A DNA stretch of 64,000 nucleotides, taken from NCBI RefSeq assembly GCF_963921235.1, contig NC_086102.1, forward strand, positions 141,980,001 through 142,044,000, read 5' to 3'. The position numbers were made by a program, and so were the translations under genes. The notes under the pieces are model-generated. The model saw only the letters and a program-made list of their open reading frames with translations, did not search any database and was not told the origin of the DNA. Positions 62,644-64,000 of this stretch are shown in pieces. Source of the stretch: Mobula hypostoma (Eukaryota). Position 1 is the stretch's first letter. Every line of letters begins with the position of its first letter.

Positions 62644-64000
62644 AAGTTACTCTTGAGAAGCTAATTTTATCTTGTTGTAATATTTATGGAGGTAGTAAAA
62701 TACCTTTGATGACACTATCAGCTCACTTGGTTCATTTACCTTGATCCCACTGGAAATCCCAGTAGGACAGTAATCATAATCTGAGGACCACATTAACTTG
62801 TTTTACCACAGTTGGTTTCAGTTAACAGATAACATTATGATGACTCATAGGAGGCTGAAAAATGTACACTGAACAGAAAGTTGTTCTTTGCCTCTTGTGT
62901 TATTGTATCCATTGTGTGGTATTGAGCTCCATTTCTGAATTTATTTCCCCTGAATTTAATGAATACAAATATCTATCTTTATGAAATTCATGATTCTGAT
63001 GGTTTGTGAAATGACTTCACCAAAAGTCACCTTTTTGTTTTACAAAACATGATGAATTCTACCAAAGTTGAGACCAGTGTAAACAACAAGAACACATGGA
63101 CAGAAATCTGCTGGATAGTTGGAACATATCTATGATTCTCTGTGAGTCCGCATTGTGAAGGATGGAATTTGACGTGGAATGACTTGAAGCTGTAGAATCT
63201 TCTAAGGAAAGTTAACTGAAAAAGAAATAAGCAAGCATTATTTAATCCTTAGTAAACACAGATTAAAAGAATATAATAAGACTAAAAAGTAAGTTTTGGA
63301 GAGGATGGTGAATCTCTGAGATTGTCTATCCCAGAATGTTGAAGAGGTGGCTCATTTGGGATATTGAAAGAGAAGTGGAAGCACTTTTAGAAAGTCAAGA
63401 TATAGGGAAATGGCCCAGTTTAGCAGCAGATTCTGGTGGTGTGGCAATAACTTCTTACAAATTAAGACTATATTTGTCTGAAAGAAATATGGAAAGTGTG
63501 TAGTAGTTTAGCATAGATGCACAATCTGAGTTATAATTGAAGCTCATCAAATCCACACATTTTTGGCCGTTTTCACTTAAGATGGAATTAAATCAAAGCA
63601 GAGTGTTGTTTAGGGTTTTAATTCTGAAGGTAGAGTTAATAGATATTAGAGCAAGGTTTTTTGCTTTGGCAATGAGCAGCGATTACCATTACTTTGAGAA
63701 GCTTTCCTCATGGCTTGTTGAGGGATGCTAATGTAAAGATAGAAGAACCTTTTTTACATTAAAGTTACTTTTCTGTGTTCTTTGGAGTAGAATGAAAGAT
63801 GATCTTATTGAAACAAATGACTGCCTAAACCACATATCCAGTTTGATGTTGAGATCTTTCCATCACTATGGGCTTTGAAAAAGTTGTCATAGCTACAATT
63901 ATTTAAAGTTGAGGTATTGAGAAATTTATTCTCACTCAAACTGGCAAACCAACAACCCAGTAAAGTTGCAGCTAATTTATCTGTCGTGTATGTGTCATCT

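Overview
Eukaryotic, repeat-rich vertebrate DNA. The repeat inventory and crystallin type suggest a cartilaginous fish, probably a ray (inference). The window holds seven head-to-tail (+ strand) gamma-crystallin genes (shark gammaS1-like, gammaD-like architecture). Each has three exons (9 nt MGK / 243 nt / 276 nt), a 175-aa open reading frame, a TATA box, an AT-rich half-MARE 70 bp upstream of the TATA and a poly(A) signal starting 51 nt after the stop. Every copy needs a non-canonical GC-AG first intron of 86 nt. The genes sit in a duplicated ~7.2-kb cassette that also carries fossil CR1, R4/Dong, Rex/Babar and solo-LTR pieces; most copies then gained private insertions (young CR1, L1, Penelope-like elements with hammerhead motifs, a Gmr1-like LTR element inside gene 5, and HERO). 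Notable structures: patchy gene conversion, a templated inverted copy upstream of five genes, a circularly permuted R4/Dong element, a 5'-inverted (twin-primed) L1, a 96-bp intronic tandem expansion and a fold-back hairpin. All coordinates and counts were read by eye; no alignments or searches were run.
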